DNA of 64,000 bases from an uncultured Actinomycetes bacterium (GTDB lineage Bacteria > Actinomycetota > Actinomycetes > Nanopelagicales > Nanopelagicaceae). Positions 32,616-40,649 of the stretch are shown here, piece by piece; position 1 is the stretch's first letter; each line of letters begins with the position of its first letter. The stretch lies in contig CALMJB010000032.1 in assembly GCA_937864205.1 (NCBI GenBank), forward strand, positions 129-64,128, read 5' to 3'. Made by a program: the position numbers and the translations under genes. The notes under the pieces were generated by a model. The model saw only the letters and a program-made list of their open reading frames with translations, was not told where the DNA came from and did no database searches.

Positions 32616-33725
32616 ATGCTGAATGAATTCTTAATTGATCTTCGCCAATTAGTTGAATGTGAATCTCCGACTGAAGATTTACCAGCTTGTCAGAAAGTTA
32701 TTGAACTCGCGGCAAACATTTTAAAAAAGCAAACCAATAGCGCGGCGCAGATTCGAATTGAAAATGGTCGACCCGTCCTTTGGTGGGGTGCCAATAACCC
32801 AAAAATAGTATTGCTCTGCCACCTAGATACGGTTTGGCCAATCGGAAGTTTTGATCCAGTTTGGAAAGAAACTGATGATCAGATATTTGGTCCAGGAATT
32901 TACGATATGAAATCTGGTTTTTTGCAGGCAGTTTATGCAATTGCTCAATTATCTAAACAAAATAAGCCGTCAACAGATATGACTAACTTGGCTTTGATTG
33001 CAACTACCGATGAAGAGACCGGCTCTGAAACTTCAAAGCGATTGATCGCTGAAATTTCCAAAACTGCCGAATATGTGTTGGTTTTTGAAAGCTCGTATAT
33101 GGATGGCCAAGTGAAAACTGCTCGTAAAGGTACTTCTATGTATCAAATCAAAGTTATTGGCAAAGCTGCCCATGCCGGTCTAGAACCTGAAAAAGGAATT
33201 AATGCCACCGTTGAAATAGCGAAGCTTGTCGAAGTGATCACAAAATTAGCAGATCCAAAAAGTGGCACGTCAGTTGTGCCAACGGTTTTAAAATCGGGCA
33301 CGACCACAAATACTGTGCCAGATTCAGCTGTGCTAGATGTTGATTGCCGCTCATTCCAAATGAAAGAACTACAACGAATTGATACACAAATTCGAAAATT
33401 GTCGAGCCCGAGCGCACAAGTGTCTGTCACCGGTGGAATAAATCGACCACCACTTGAAGAAGTAAGTACGTCAAAACTATTTGAAAAACTAAATAACGCA
33501 CTCACCAATTCGGGTTTACCCAAAGTTAAATCTGCTGCAGTTGGTGGAGCAAGTGATGGCAATTTAGCCGCCGCTGCCGGAGCGCAAGTATTAGATGGTT
33601 TAGGTGCAATTGGAAGTGGTGCTCACGCTAAATCAGAACACATCCTTAAATCCAGAATTGAATCTCAAATAAATATGACCGCTTTGTTGCTAACTGAATT
33701 AATGTCCGAGTCGAAAACTAAATAA
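32616..33725 (+). CDS. M20-family metallopeptidase (carboxypeptidase G2 / deacylase-like)
   Basis: LLCHLDTVWP and TTDEETGS metal-binding motifs; 369 aa. Confidence 0.8.
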   Translation: MLNEFLIDLRQLVECESPTEDLPACQKVIELAANILKKQTNSAAQIRIENGRPVLWWGANNPKIVLLCHLDTVWPIGSFDPVWKETDDQIFGPGIYDMKSGFLQAVYAIAQLSKQNKPSTDMTNLALIATTDEETGSETSKRLIAEISKTAEYVLVFESSYMDGQVKTARKGTSMYQIKVIGKAAHAGLEPEKGINATVEIAKLVEVITKLADPKSGTSVVPTVLKSGTTTNTVPDSAVLDVDCRSFQMKELQRIDTQIRKLSSPSAQVSVTGGINRPPLEEVSTSKLFEKLNNALTNSGLPKVKSAAVGGASDGNLAAAAGAQVLDGLGAIGSGAHAKSEHILKSRIESQINMTALLLTELMSESKTK

Positions 33726-33752
33726 GCAAAGAATTAGGAAGTCTGCATATAA

Positions 33753-35396
33753 ATGAGTGATGGTCCGTTAATCGTACAAAGTGATAAAACTCTTTTACTC
33801 GATACCGATCATGTTCTCGCCGATGAATGTCGCCGAGCAATCGCACCTTTTGCAGAGTTAGAAAAATCTCCAGAACACATTCATACCTATCGTTTGAGTT
33901 CGCTGGGGCTTTGGAATGCCAGAGCCGCCGGTCACGATGCCGAACAAGTAATTGACACTTTACTTAAATATTCAAGGTATGCCGTACCTCATTCATTGTT
34001 GATTGATATCGCTGAAATCATGTCGAGATATGGCCGATTGCGCTTAGAGTCTCATCCGGTTCATGGATTGATCTTGGTTTCTAATGATGCAGCGGTTTTA
34101 AAAGAGATAACCAGAGGAAAAAAAGTTGCACCAATGCTTGGAATTCAAGTTGATGAAGAAACTATTGTGGTGCATCCAGGTCAACGTGGATTTTTAAAAC
34201 AAGCCTTATTAAAAATGGGTTGGCCGGCAGAAGATTTTGCCGGGTATGTAGATGGTGAAAAACACGAAATTTCTTTGAAGCTAGATGGATGGCAGCCAAG
34301 AAAATATCAAGAGTTAGCAGCCGAAGGTTTTTGGCATGGTGGTTCAGGAGTTGTAGTTCTACCGTGTGGAGCTGGAAAAACTATTGTTGCAATCGCAGCA
34401 ATGGCACATGCCAAAGCGACCACTTTAATTTTGGTAACAAATACCGTCGCAGCCAGACAGTGGCGGGATGAGTTAATTAAGCGAACAAATCTTCATGAAG
34501 ATGAGATTGGTGAGTACTCCGGCAGTAAAAAAGAGATTCGACCTATAACAATCGCAACTTATCAAGTTCTTACCACTAAACGTAAAGGTGTATACGCCCA
34601 CCTTGAACTATTTGATGCGATTGACTGGGGTTTAATTGTTTATGACGAAGTACATTTATTACCTGCGCCAATCTTCCGCTTCACCGCTGATATTCAATCT
34701 CGTCGAAGATTAGGTTTAACCGCCACATTAATAAGAGAAGATGGTTTAGAGGGCGAAGTTTTTTCGTTGATCGGTCCAAAAAGATTTGATGTCCCTTGGA
34801 AAGAGATTGAAGCACAAGGTTATATAGCGCCAGCAGATTGCATAGAGGTACGGGTCAACCTAACCGAAGCTGAGCGATTAAATTATGCGACCGCAGATTT
34901 AGAACACAAGTATCGAACTTGCTCCACTACGCAAACCAAAAACGAAGTTGCAATCAATCTTGCCCACAAACACAGTGCCGATCAAGTATTGATTATTGGA
35001 CAATATATTGATCAATTAGATTCATTAGCAGAAAAATTACAAGTCCCGGTTATCAAAGGCGATACGCCAATTAAAGAGCGAGAAATTCTCTACGGAAAGT
35101 TTCGAACCGGCGAAATTAAATGTTTGATTGTCTCTAAAGTTGCTAACTTTTCGATCGACTTACCCGACGCCACGATTGCGATACAAGTTTCTGGAACTTT
35201 TGGTTCAAGACAAGAAGAAGCTCAAAGATTGGGAAGAGTACTTAGACCAAAATCTGATGGCCGAAGCGCCCGGTTTTACACATTGGTAGCCCGAGACACA
35301 ATCGATCAAGATTTTGCCCAAAATCGACAACGATTCTTAGCAGAACAGGGGTATGCCTATCAGATCATCGATGCCGATGAAATATCTAAGAAGTAG
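33753..35396 (+). CDS. xpb: DNA repair helicase XPB (ERCC3-like, SF2)
   Basis: Walker A LPCGAGKT, DEVH box (YDEVHLLP), RED motif in GLTATLIRED; AGGAAG SD upstream. Confidence 0.9.
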   Translation: MSDGPLIVQSDKTLLLDTDHVLADECRRAIAPFAELEKSPEHIHTYRLSSLGLWNARAAGHDAEQVIDTLLKYSRYAVPHSLLIDIAEIMSRYGRLRLESHPVHGLILVSNDAAVLKEITRGKKVAPMLGIQVDEETIVVHPGQRGFLKQALLKMGWPAEDFAGYVDGEKHEISLKLDGWQPRKYQELAAEGFWHGGSGVVVLPCGAGKTIVAIAAMAHAKATTLILVTNTVAARQWRDELIKRTNLHEDEIGEYSGSKKEIRPITIATYQVLTTKRKGVYAHLELFDAIDWGLIVYDEVHLLPAPIFRFTADIQSRRRLGLTATLIREDGLEGEVFSLIGPKRFDVPWKEIEAQGYIAPADCIEVRVNLTEAERLNYATADLEHKYRTCSTTQTKNEVAINLAHKHSADQVLIIGQYIDQLDSLAEKLQVPVIKGDTPIKEREILYGKFRTGEIKCLIVSKVANFSIDLPDATIAIQVSGTFGSRQEEAQRLGRVLRPKSDGRSARFYTLVARDTIDQDFAQNRQRFLAEQGYAYQIIDADEISKK

Positions 35397-35661
35397 CTTT
35401 TAGCGCGGTAATAAATCTATCTTCATCCACTTTGAAAAAATCGTGTATTTGGCCATCGATTGTAATTACCGGAACTTGTTCAGAATAAAGATTAATTAAC
35501 TCTTGGCTTGAATCAATATCTACAATCTGCAAATTAAATTCATTTTTATTTTTAAGTTGCGTAATCTTTGCGATTGCTTGTTCACACAGATGACAGCCAG
35601 ATCTTGAATAAACCAATACTTGCTTAATCTTAAAACCAGATTTATTTTCGGATACGGCCAT
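35386..35661 (-). CDS. glutaredoxin-like small thiol-disulfide protein
   Basis: 91 aa; SGCHLCEQA CxxC motif; VPVITIDG segment. Confidence 0.7.
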   Translation of the reverse strand: MAVSENKSGFKIKQVLVYSRSGCHLCEQAIAKITQLKNKNEFNLQIVDIDSSQELINLYSEQVPVITIDGQIHDFFKVDEDRFITALKATS

Positions 35662-35974
35662 TTGACATTACGCGATCAACTAGTTCTTGAACTACTAAAG
35701 TGATATCGCCTTTGGCGGTCGCTAAATTTTCCTCAAATTTTTTTAGATAAGTCGCGGCAGTTGATTGTGCAACGGTGCCGATTAATGGACCATATCGCTT
35801 TGCTAAGAATTGCTCCGCTATCTTTCCAATCACTTTTGCAAGTTCTTCTCGAGCTTGATTCAAATCCGGTTTTGGCGTAATACCTTCAATAATTTCAATT
35901 GCTGGATGTTCGCGACCGACACGTAAAAATTTTTCCTGAATAATTGCTGATAAATCATCACTCATTATTACCAA
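35642..35974 (-). CDS. hypothetical cytoplasmic protein
   Basis: 110-aa ORF in an otherwise unassigned slot; overlaps the glutaredoxin-like gene by 20 nt; start TTG 35974 or ATG 35965; no motif recognised. Confidence 0.4.
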   Translation of the reverse strand: MVIMSDDLSAIIQEKFLRVGREHPAIEIIEGITPKPDLNQAREELAKVIGKIAEQFLAKRYGPLIGTVAQSTAATYLKKFEENLATAKGDITLVVQELVDRVMSNGRIRK

Positions 35975-35989
35975 ATCATCTCAGACTGC

Positions 35990-35995
35990 TAGCGT
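35990..35995 (+). promoter_or_regulatory. candidate -10 box (TAGCGT) of a leaderless transcript for the 805-aa secreted protein
   Basis: TAGCGT, then 7 nt, then GTG 36003. Confidence 0.35.
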
Positions 35996-36002
35996 TTGCG
36001 CC

Positions 36003-38420
36003 GTGCCAGCGCAGCAATCTAAGTTTTCAATCAAACTTTTCGCCATTTCAGTGGCGTCAGCCCTATTAATAAATCTAGTTGCGCCAATCTCTGTTAATGC
36101 ATTAAGCCCAGAATTAAGAGTTTCGCCAGCCAGCTGGGGTTACACCATCGGCACCGGAAATCCTGGCAGTAATTCATCTGCAAGTTTTACCAACTTACAA
36201 ACTGCGCCTTACTCAAACAGTTTCAATATTCAACAAAAAAGCACCTTTGTAGTTACTTACGATCAAGTTCCCAATGATGCCAAAATAGCTATTCAAGCTG
36301 CGATTGATGTTTGGGCGGCAAACTTTGCCTCGTCGGTACCAATTAATGTTTCAGTAGCTTGGGGAAAAGCGAGCGGAGTCGGAGTATTAGCAGCGGCAAC
36401 TCCAAAGAATAATTATGCAAACTTTCCAGGTGCGCCAGATCGAAATCTTTTTTACCCATCCGCGCTCGCAAATGCATTAGCAGGAAAAGATCTAGATCCA
36501 AAAAATAATGAGATGGATATTCGGGTAACCAGTAATGCCCCTTGGTATTTAGGAACAGATGGAAATTGTCCGCGCACACTTTATGACTTGATGTCGGTAA
36601 TTTTGCACGAGATGGCACACGGTTTGGGTTTTGTCTCAAATAATGTTTATGACCCATTTTTTAGATTTGGACGAATTGATCAACCGACTCCGTTTGATGC
36701 ATATGCGCAGCTAACCGATGGCCGCAGATTGGCAGATTTGCCAAGCCCATCAAAAGAACTTGGTGATGCATTAATCTCTCGATTGGTTTGGGCTGGTGAC
36801 AATGCCACTAAAGCCAACAACGGTGTAAGACCTTTGTTGTATACGCCAAATCCTTATGAACCCGGATCTTCAATCAGTCATTTAGATGAAAAAACTTTTT
36901 CAGCAAGTGGTCCTAATGCCACAATGACACCAAACTTAGATTTTGGTGAAGTTTTCCACGAGCCAGGCTCAATTCTTATTGGAATGTTTGATGATATGAG
37001 ATTGAAACCGCCAGCTGGAACCACAATTTCAGTTCCGCAAGCACCACAAAATGTAAAAGCGATTTTGGCTGATCAATCTGCAATTCTTGAATTTTTGCCG
37101 CCGGTCAATGCCCGCGGAGCGAATATCTCTGGCTATATTGTTAAAAATTTAGTAACCAGTGAAAGCACTAATGTAACGGCAAGCCCAGCAATCATTTCTA
37201 ACTTAAAAAATGGCACAAAATATACTTTTTCAATCTCTGCGGTAAATGATTTAGGTACTTCTGCTGCGATAACTACAAACTCTGTAACTCCGATGGCACC
37301 TTGGCGAGAGAGTGTGGTTGATGAATCAGCAGATGCTAAATTTCTAACCACAGGTACTTATGCGGGCAAACCCATTATTGCTTACTCTGATAGTAAAAAT
37401 GGTGATTTAAAACTTGCCACTTGGAATGGAAAAAAGTGGCTGATCTCTGTAATTGACGGAAATTCTTCCGATAAAGGCAAAACTACAAACGATGTCTCTG
37501 GAAATGTTTCACTTTGCACAGGCGTAAAAGGTAAAACTAATTACCTCTTTATTACGTATGCAGATCTAACAAACAAAGATCTGCGGCTTGCAGAATATGA
37601 TGGAAAAACCTGGAGTTATTCGGTGGTTGATGGTGACGGAGCTACATTAAATGACTACAAAGATCCGATTCGAGTCAGATCAAATGCAGATGTCAGTGTA
37701 TCCAGTGGTTGTTCATACTCTGCAAATGGTTTACAAATTTTCTATCGAGATGAAACTCAAGGAATAGTACTCGGCGCAGTTCGAGATGGAAAAAATTGGC
37801 GGTATGAAATAGTCGATGGTGATAAAGATACAAATAATCGCACGCTCGGCGACACCGCATTTCATATGAAAGTTTTAACAAATGGACGAACTGTCACAAT
37901 TGTTTATGACTCAGTTTTAAACATTGATCGAGATCGAAATCCAACTCGCGGTGAAATGAGAACCGCAACTCGAAATACTATTTATCCTGAAGACTGGGTT
38001 TATTCAACAATCGATACACCAGATGATGGAATTCAAGTCACCGGTTACGATGTCGCCGCAAACTCAACTTCAAAAGGAATCAATGCTGGTTGGTTTACTG
38101 CAACTGGAATTTCGCTGCCTAATCCAAATGGCATTCGCTTTAGAGCATTGAAAGATAGTTCAAATATCTCAGCAAGTTTTGACCCAGCCAAGATGCCCAA
38201 TTTTGCTGGTGCACCCTCGGCGCCAATTGCAATTGACAACACCGCCTTGCTTTTTGGTTGCCAAAAGCGACTTTGTATGTTGAATAAATTTGATCAGGTT
38301 ATAAAACTTGTCACAGATCAATCGCTCATAGAAAATTCACGGGCTGATTGGTTGACGATTGGCAAAACCAGATACGCCGTAGTTGGCGCATCTGGTCAGC
38401 TAAAACTTTTTAAAATTTAA
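36003..38420 (+). CDS. secreted multidomain protein: signal peptide, HExxH metalloprotease-like domain, FN3 domain, C-terminal tandem-repeat (propeller-like) region
   Basis: Signal peptide ending VNA-LS; HEMAHGLGF at aa 202-210 with SISHLDE downstream; FN3 at aa 345-430 (GYIV...YTFSISAVNDLGTS); at least four repeats of about 57 aa of type IxYxD..DLxLA..dGKxWxYxVVDG. Confidence 0.65.
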   Translation: MPAQQSKFSIKLFAISVASALLINLVAPISVNALSPELRVSPASWGYTIGTGNPGSNSSASFTNLQTAPYSNSFNIQQKSTFVVTYDQVPNDAKIAIQAAIDVWAANFASSVPINVSVAWGKASGVGVLAAATPKNNYANFPGAPDRNLFYPSALANALAGKDLDPKNNEMDIRVTSNAPWYLGTDGNCPRTLYDLMSVILHEMAHGLGFVSNNVYDPFFRFGRIDQPTPFDAYAQLTDGRRLADLPSPSKELGDALISRLVWAGDNATKANNGVRPLLYTPNPYEPGSSISHLDEKTFSASGPNATMTPNLDFGEVFHEPGSILIGMFDDMRLKPPAGTTISVPQAPQNVKAILADQSAILEFLPPVNARGANISGYIVKNLVTSESTNVTASPAIISNLKNGTKYTFSISAVNDLGTSAAITTNSVTPMAPWRESVVDESADAKFLTTGTYAGKPIIAYSDSKNGDLKLATWNGKKWLISVIDGNSSDKGKTTNDVSGNVSLCTGVKGKTNYLFITYADLTNKDLRLAEYDGKTWSYSVVDGDGATLNDYKDPIRVRSNADVSVSSGCSYSANGLQIFYRDETQGIVLGAVRDGKNWRYEIVDGDKDTNNRTLGDTAFHMKVLTNGRTVTIVYDSVLNIDRDRNPTRGEMRTATRNTIYPEDWVYSTIDTPDDGIQVTGYDVAANSTSKGINAGWFTATGISLPNPNGIRFRALKDSSNISASFDPAKMPNFAGAPSAPIAIDNTALLFGCQKRLCMLNKFDQVIKLVTDQSLIENSRADWLTIGKTRYAVVGASGQLKLFKI

Positions 38421-38519
38421 TTATTTTGCTTGGCGCCGTTGAATACGGGTGCGCTTGAGCAGTTTTTTATGCTTCTTCTTGGCCATGCGTTTGCGACGCT
38501 TCTTGATTACTGAGCCCAT
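38421..38519 (-). CDS. 30S ribosomal protein bS22 (32 aa)
   Basis: Hand translation [32 protein letters not shown]; AGGAAG SD 4 nt upstream; near-identical to the mycobacterial bS22 peptide as I recall it; below the ORF-track cutoff. Confidence 0.8.
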   Translation of the reverse strand: MGSVIKKRRKRMAKKKHKKLLKRTRIQRRQAK

Positions 38520-38550
38520 TTAACTTCCTTTCTTGATGATGAAAAGTTTA

Positions 38551-39810
38551 CTATTTCAATAGAAAGAAATTGAAGGAATTGCCAGATTCGCTAATAAGAA
38601 TCAATCCATTTGAATCAGAGATTGTGCTTACAGTTGGTGAACCGGAAATCTGATAACCGGCCAGAATTTTTCCTTTGGCATCAAATTTCAATATCGCGCC
38701 AGTTTGTGGGCGCTTTTGCCAACCTTTTAATTGCACCACCGAACTAGTTGGAGTAAACGCTGCCCAAAGCGAAGTTTTTGTAGATTGAGAGGTACCAAAT
38801 TTTTCAGCGGCAAACCTGAAATTCCAATTTGGTTTGCCGAAAGATGAAAATTTCGTTACTACAAACTCATTTTTCACCTTTGCTTTGCTGGCATATGAAA
38901 CAGAGCCGCTGACAAATAAATCTGAACTTACATGCGACCAGGAGCGTTCTGAATTCTTCAGGGAAGCGCGAGCAATAACTGGAGCCAAAACGCTGCTGTT
39001 GGTTTTAAGTGCAATTGCATCGCGGCCAGAGATTTTCTTACTCTTGCCAATTGTTTCGCCACTACTTCCAACCAGAACTAAATTCCCAGAATTATCAATT
39101 GCCGCTGAATTTAAATTGGTGTTGGTCGCACCTACTTTAATTACTGGTTGAAAAATGCCGGTTTTGCTACCGGACATGACAAATCCGGAAGATTTATTTG
39201 CGGCATAAATAGTTCCTACGATAATTAAGCTGGCACTATCAATCAATAATTGCTTAGGTTCAATTAACGTACTTTGAATACTTTCAAAACTATTTAAAAT
39301 TGAGCCAGTTTTGCTAACTTGCCAAATCTTCACCGTATTTAATGCCGAGTTAGATGAAATTGATCTATCAACAACGACATTATCTGGATTAATTACTGTT
39401 CCAGAAGTGTTGGGTGAATTTAGGGTTTTTGTAGTTAATGTACTTGCCGCGCCTAACACCCAATAAGTACCATCATTATCTTCAACTAAATCTGTAACTA
39501 TTTCATCAACTTTGCTTCCCAGCCGCAGAGTCCATTGAATTTGCCCGGTTTCAGTTAGCGAACTCAGAAAACCATCACTGTTTCCCTGTAGTTCGCCGGT
39601 TACTAGTGAACTAGTTTTTGAATCCGTTGTTCCTGCAATCAAGATGTTTGCACCATCAGAGATAACTGCAGATATTTGCTCACCACCGGAAAGTGGCAAT
39701 TGAAAATTGCTTTTTAATTGAACTGTGGTTGGCGCCGCAACTGCCGGCACGACCGCGCTCGATTGAAAGAATAAAACTGAAGTAGTAAAGATTGTTAAGA
39801 ATTTTTTCAA
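38551..39810 (-). CDS. secreted hypothetical protein, probable beta-propeller-like repeat protein
   Basis: Signal peptide (AVVPAVAAP); S/T/G/N-rich with recurring G..DGF / W.V..G-type strands; start overlaps the proC stop by 4 nt. Confidence 0.55.
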   Translation of the reverse strand: MKKFLTIFTTSVLFFQSSAVVPAVAAPTTVQLKSNFQLPLSGGEQISAVISDGANILIAGTTDSKTSSLVTGELQGNSDGFLSSLTETGQIQWTLRLGSKVDEIVTDLVEDNDGTYWVLGAASTLTTKTLNSPNTSGTVINPDNVVVDRSISSNSALNTVKIWQVSKTGSILNSFESIQSTLIEPKQLLIDSASLIIVGTIYAANKSSGFVMSGSKTGIFQPVIKVGATNTNLNSAAIDNSGNLVLVGSSGETIGKSKKISGRDAIALKTNSSVLAPVIARASLKNSERSWSHVSSDLFVSGSVSYASKAKVKNEFVVTKFSSFGKPNWNFRFAAEKFGTSQSTKTSLWAAFTPTSSVVQLKGWQKRPQTGAILKFDAKGKILAGYQISGSPTVSTISDSNGLILISESGNSFNFFLLK

Positions 39811-40616
39811 GCCAGCTCCGCAGCACGTGACTTCGCTGCCCGCATTGCCTCTTCAACCAATCTTTCAACACCGGCATCTTGAAAAACTTTAATTGCCGCA
39901 GCAGTTGTGCCATTTGGACTAGTTACATTATTTCGCAGACTTTGGGCATCTAGTCCACTCTCTTGCAACATCTTTGCCGCACCAAAAATAGTTTGATTAG
40001 TTAAATTCTTGGCCGCTTCCTCTGACAGACCTAGTTTGATTGCTGACTTAATCATTGATTCAGTAAGTAAGAAAAAATATGCCGGGCCGGAACCGCTTAA
40101 TGCTGTGACCGCATCCATTTGTGATTCATCTACCTCAATTAATAAGCCGGTTTTAGAAAGTAACGATTGCGTAATCATTAAGTGATTTTGATCTGCATTT
40201 TTGCCAAGACAAAGTGCGCCGGCTCCGGCTCCGAAGATTGCTGGCGTATTAGGCATTACTCGAATAACTGGATTAGCACTGACGGTATTTGACTCAATAA
40301 ATTTCGTTGTTTTACCGGCGGCTACTGAAATTAATAATGTTTTGCCCGTTAAATCTGCTGAAATTTCTTTTAATAATCCCTCTAAATCTTGCGGTTTTAC
40401 CGCAATAAAGATTACTTGCGATTCGCGAGCAATATTTATCAATTTCTGCTCTTCGATTCCGTAAATACTTTTTATTGCTGCTGCTCGTTCAGCACGTTTT
40501 TCATAAAAATTTAATTGATTGGTTTTAATTCCGGAATCAAGCAAACTTTTTATGATCGTTTCACCCATAATGCCGGTACCGATAACTGAGATTTTTAGAT
40601 TTGCATCCAAATTCAT
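39807..40616 (-). CDS. proC: pyrroline-5-carboxylate reductase
   Basis: NADP motif VIGTGIMGETI; C-terminal SPNGTTAAAI. Confidence 0.92.
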   Translation of the reverse strand: MNLDANLKISVIGTGIMGETIIKSLLDSGIKTNQLNFYEKRAERAAAIKSIYGIEEQKLINIARESQVIFIAVKPQDLEGLLKEISADLTGKTLLISVAAGKTTKFIESNTVSANPVIRVMPNTPAIFGAGAGALCLGKNADQNHLMITQSLLSKTGLLIEVDESQMDAVTALSGSGPAYFFLLTESMIKSAIKLGLSEEAAKNLTNQTIFGAAKMLQESGLDAQSLRNNVTSPNGTTAAAIKVFQDAGVERLVEEAMRAAKSRAAELA

Positions 40617-40622
40617 ATTTCA

Positions 40623-40628
40623 AGCCTA
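40623..40628 (-). promoter_or_regulatory. candidate -10 box (TAGGCT) of a leaderless proC transcript
   Basis: Minus-strand TAGGCT, then 6 nt (TGAAAT), then ATG 40616. Confidence 0.4.
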
Positions 40629-40634
40629 CTCAAT

Positions 40635-40640
40635 TATCCT
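40635..40640 (+). promoter_or_regulatory. candidate -10 box (TATCCT) for the Cys-rich protein gene
   Basis: TATCCT, then 9 nt, then ATG 40650; would give a leader of only 2-3 nt. Confidence 0.3.
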
Positions 40641-40649
40641 TAATTCACT

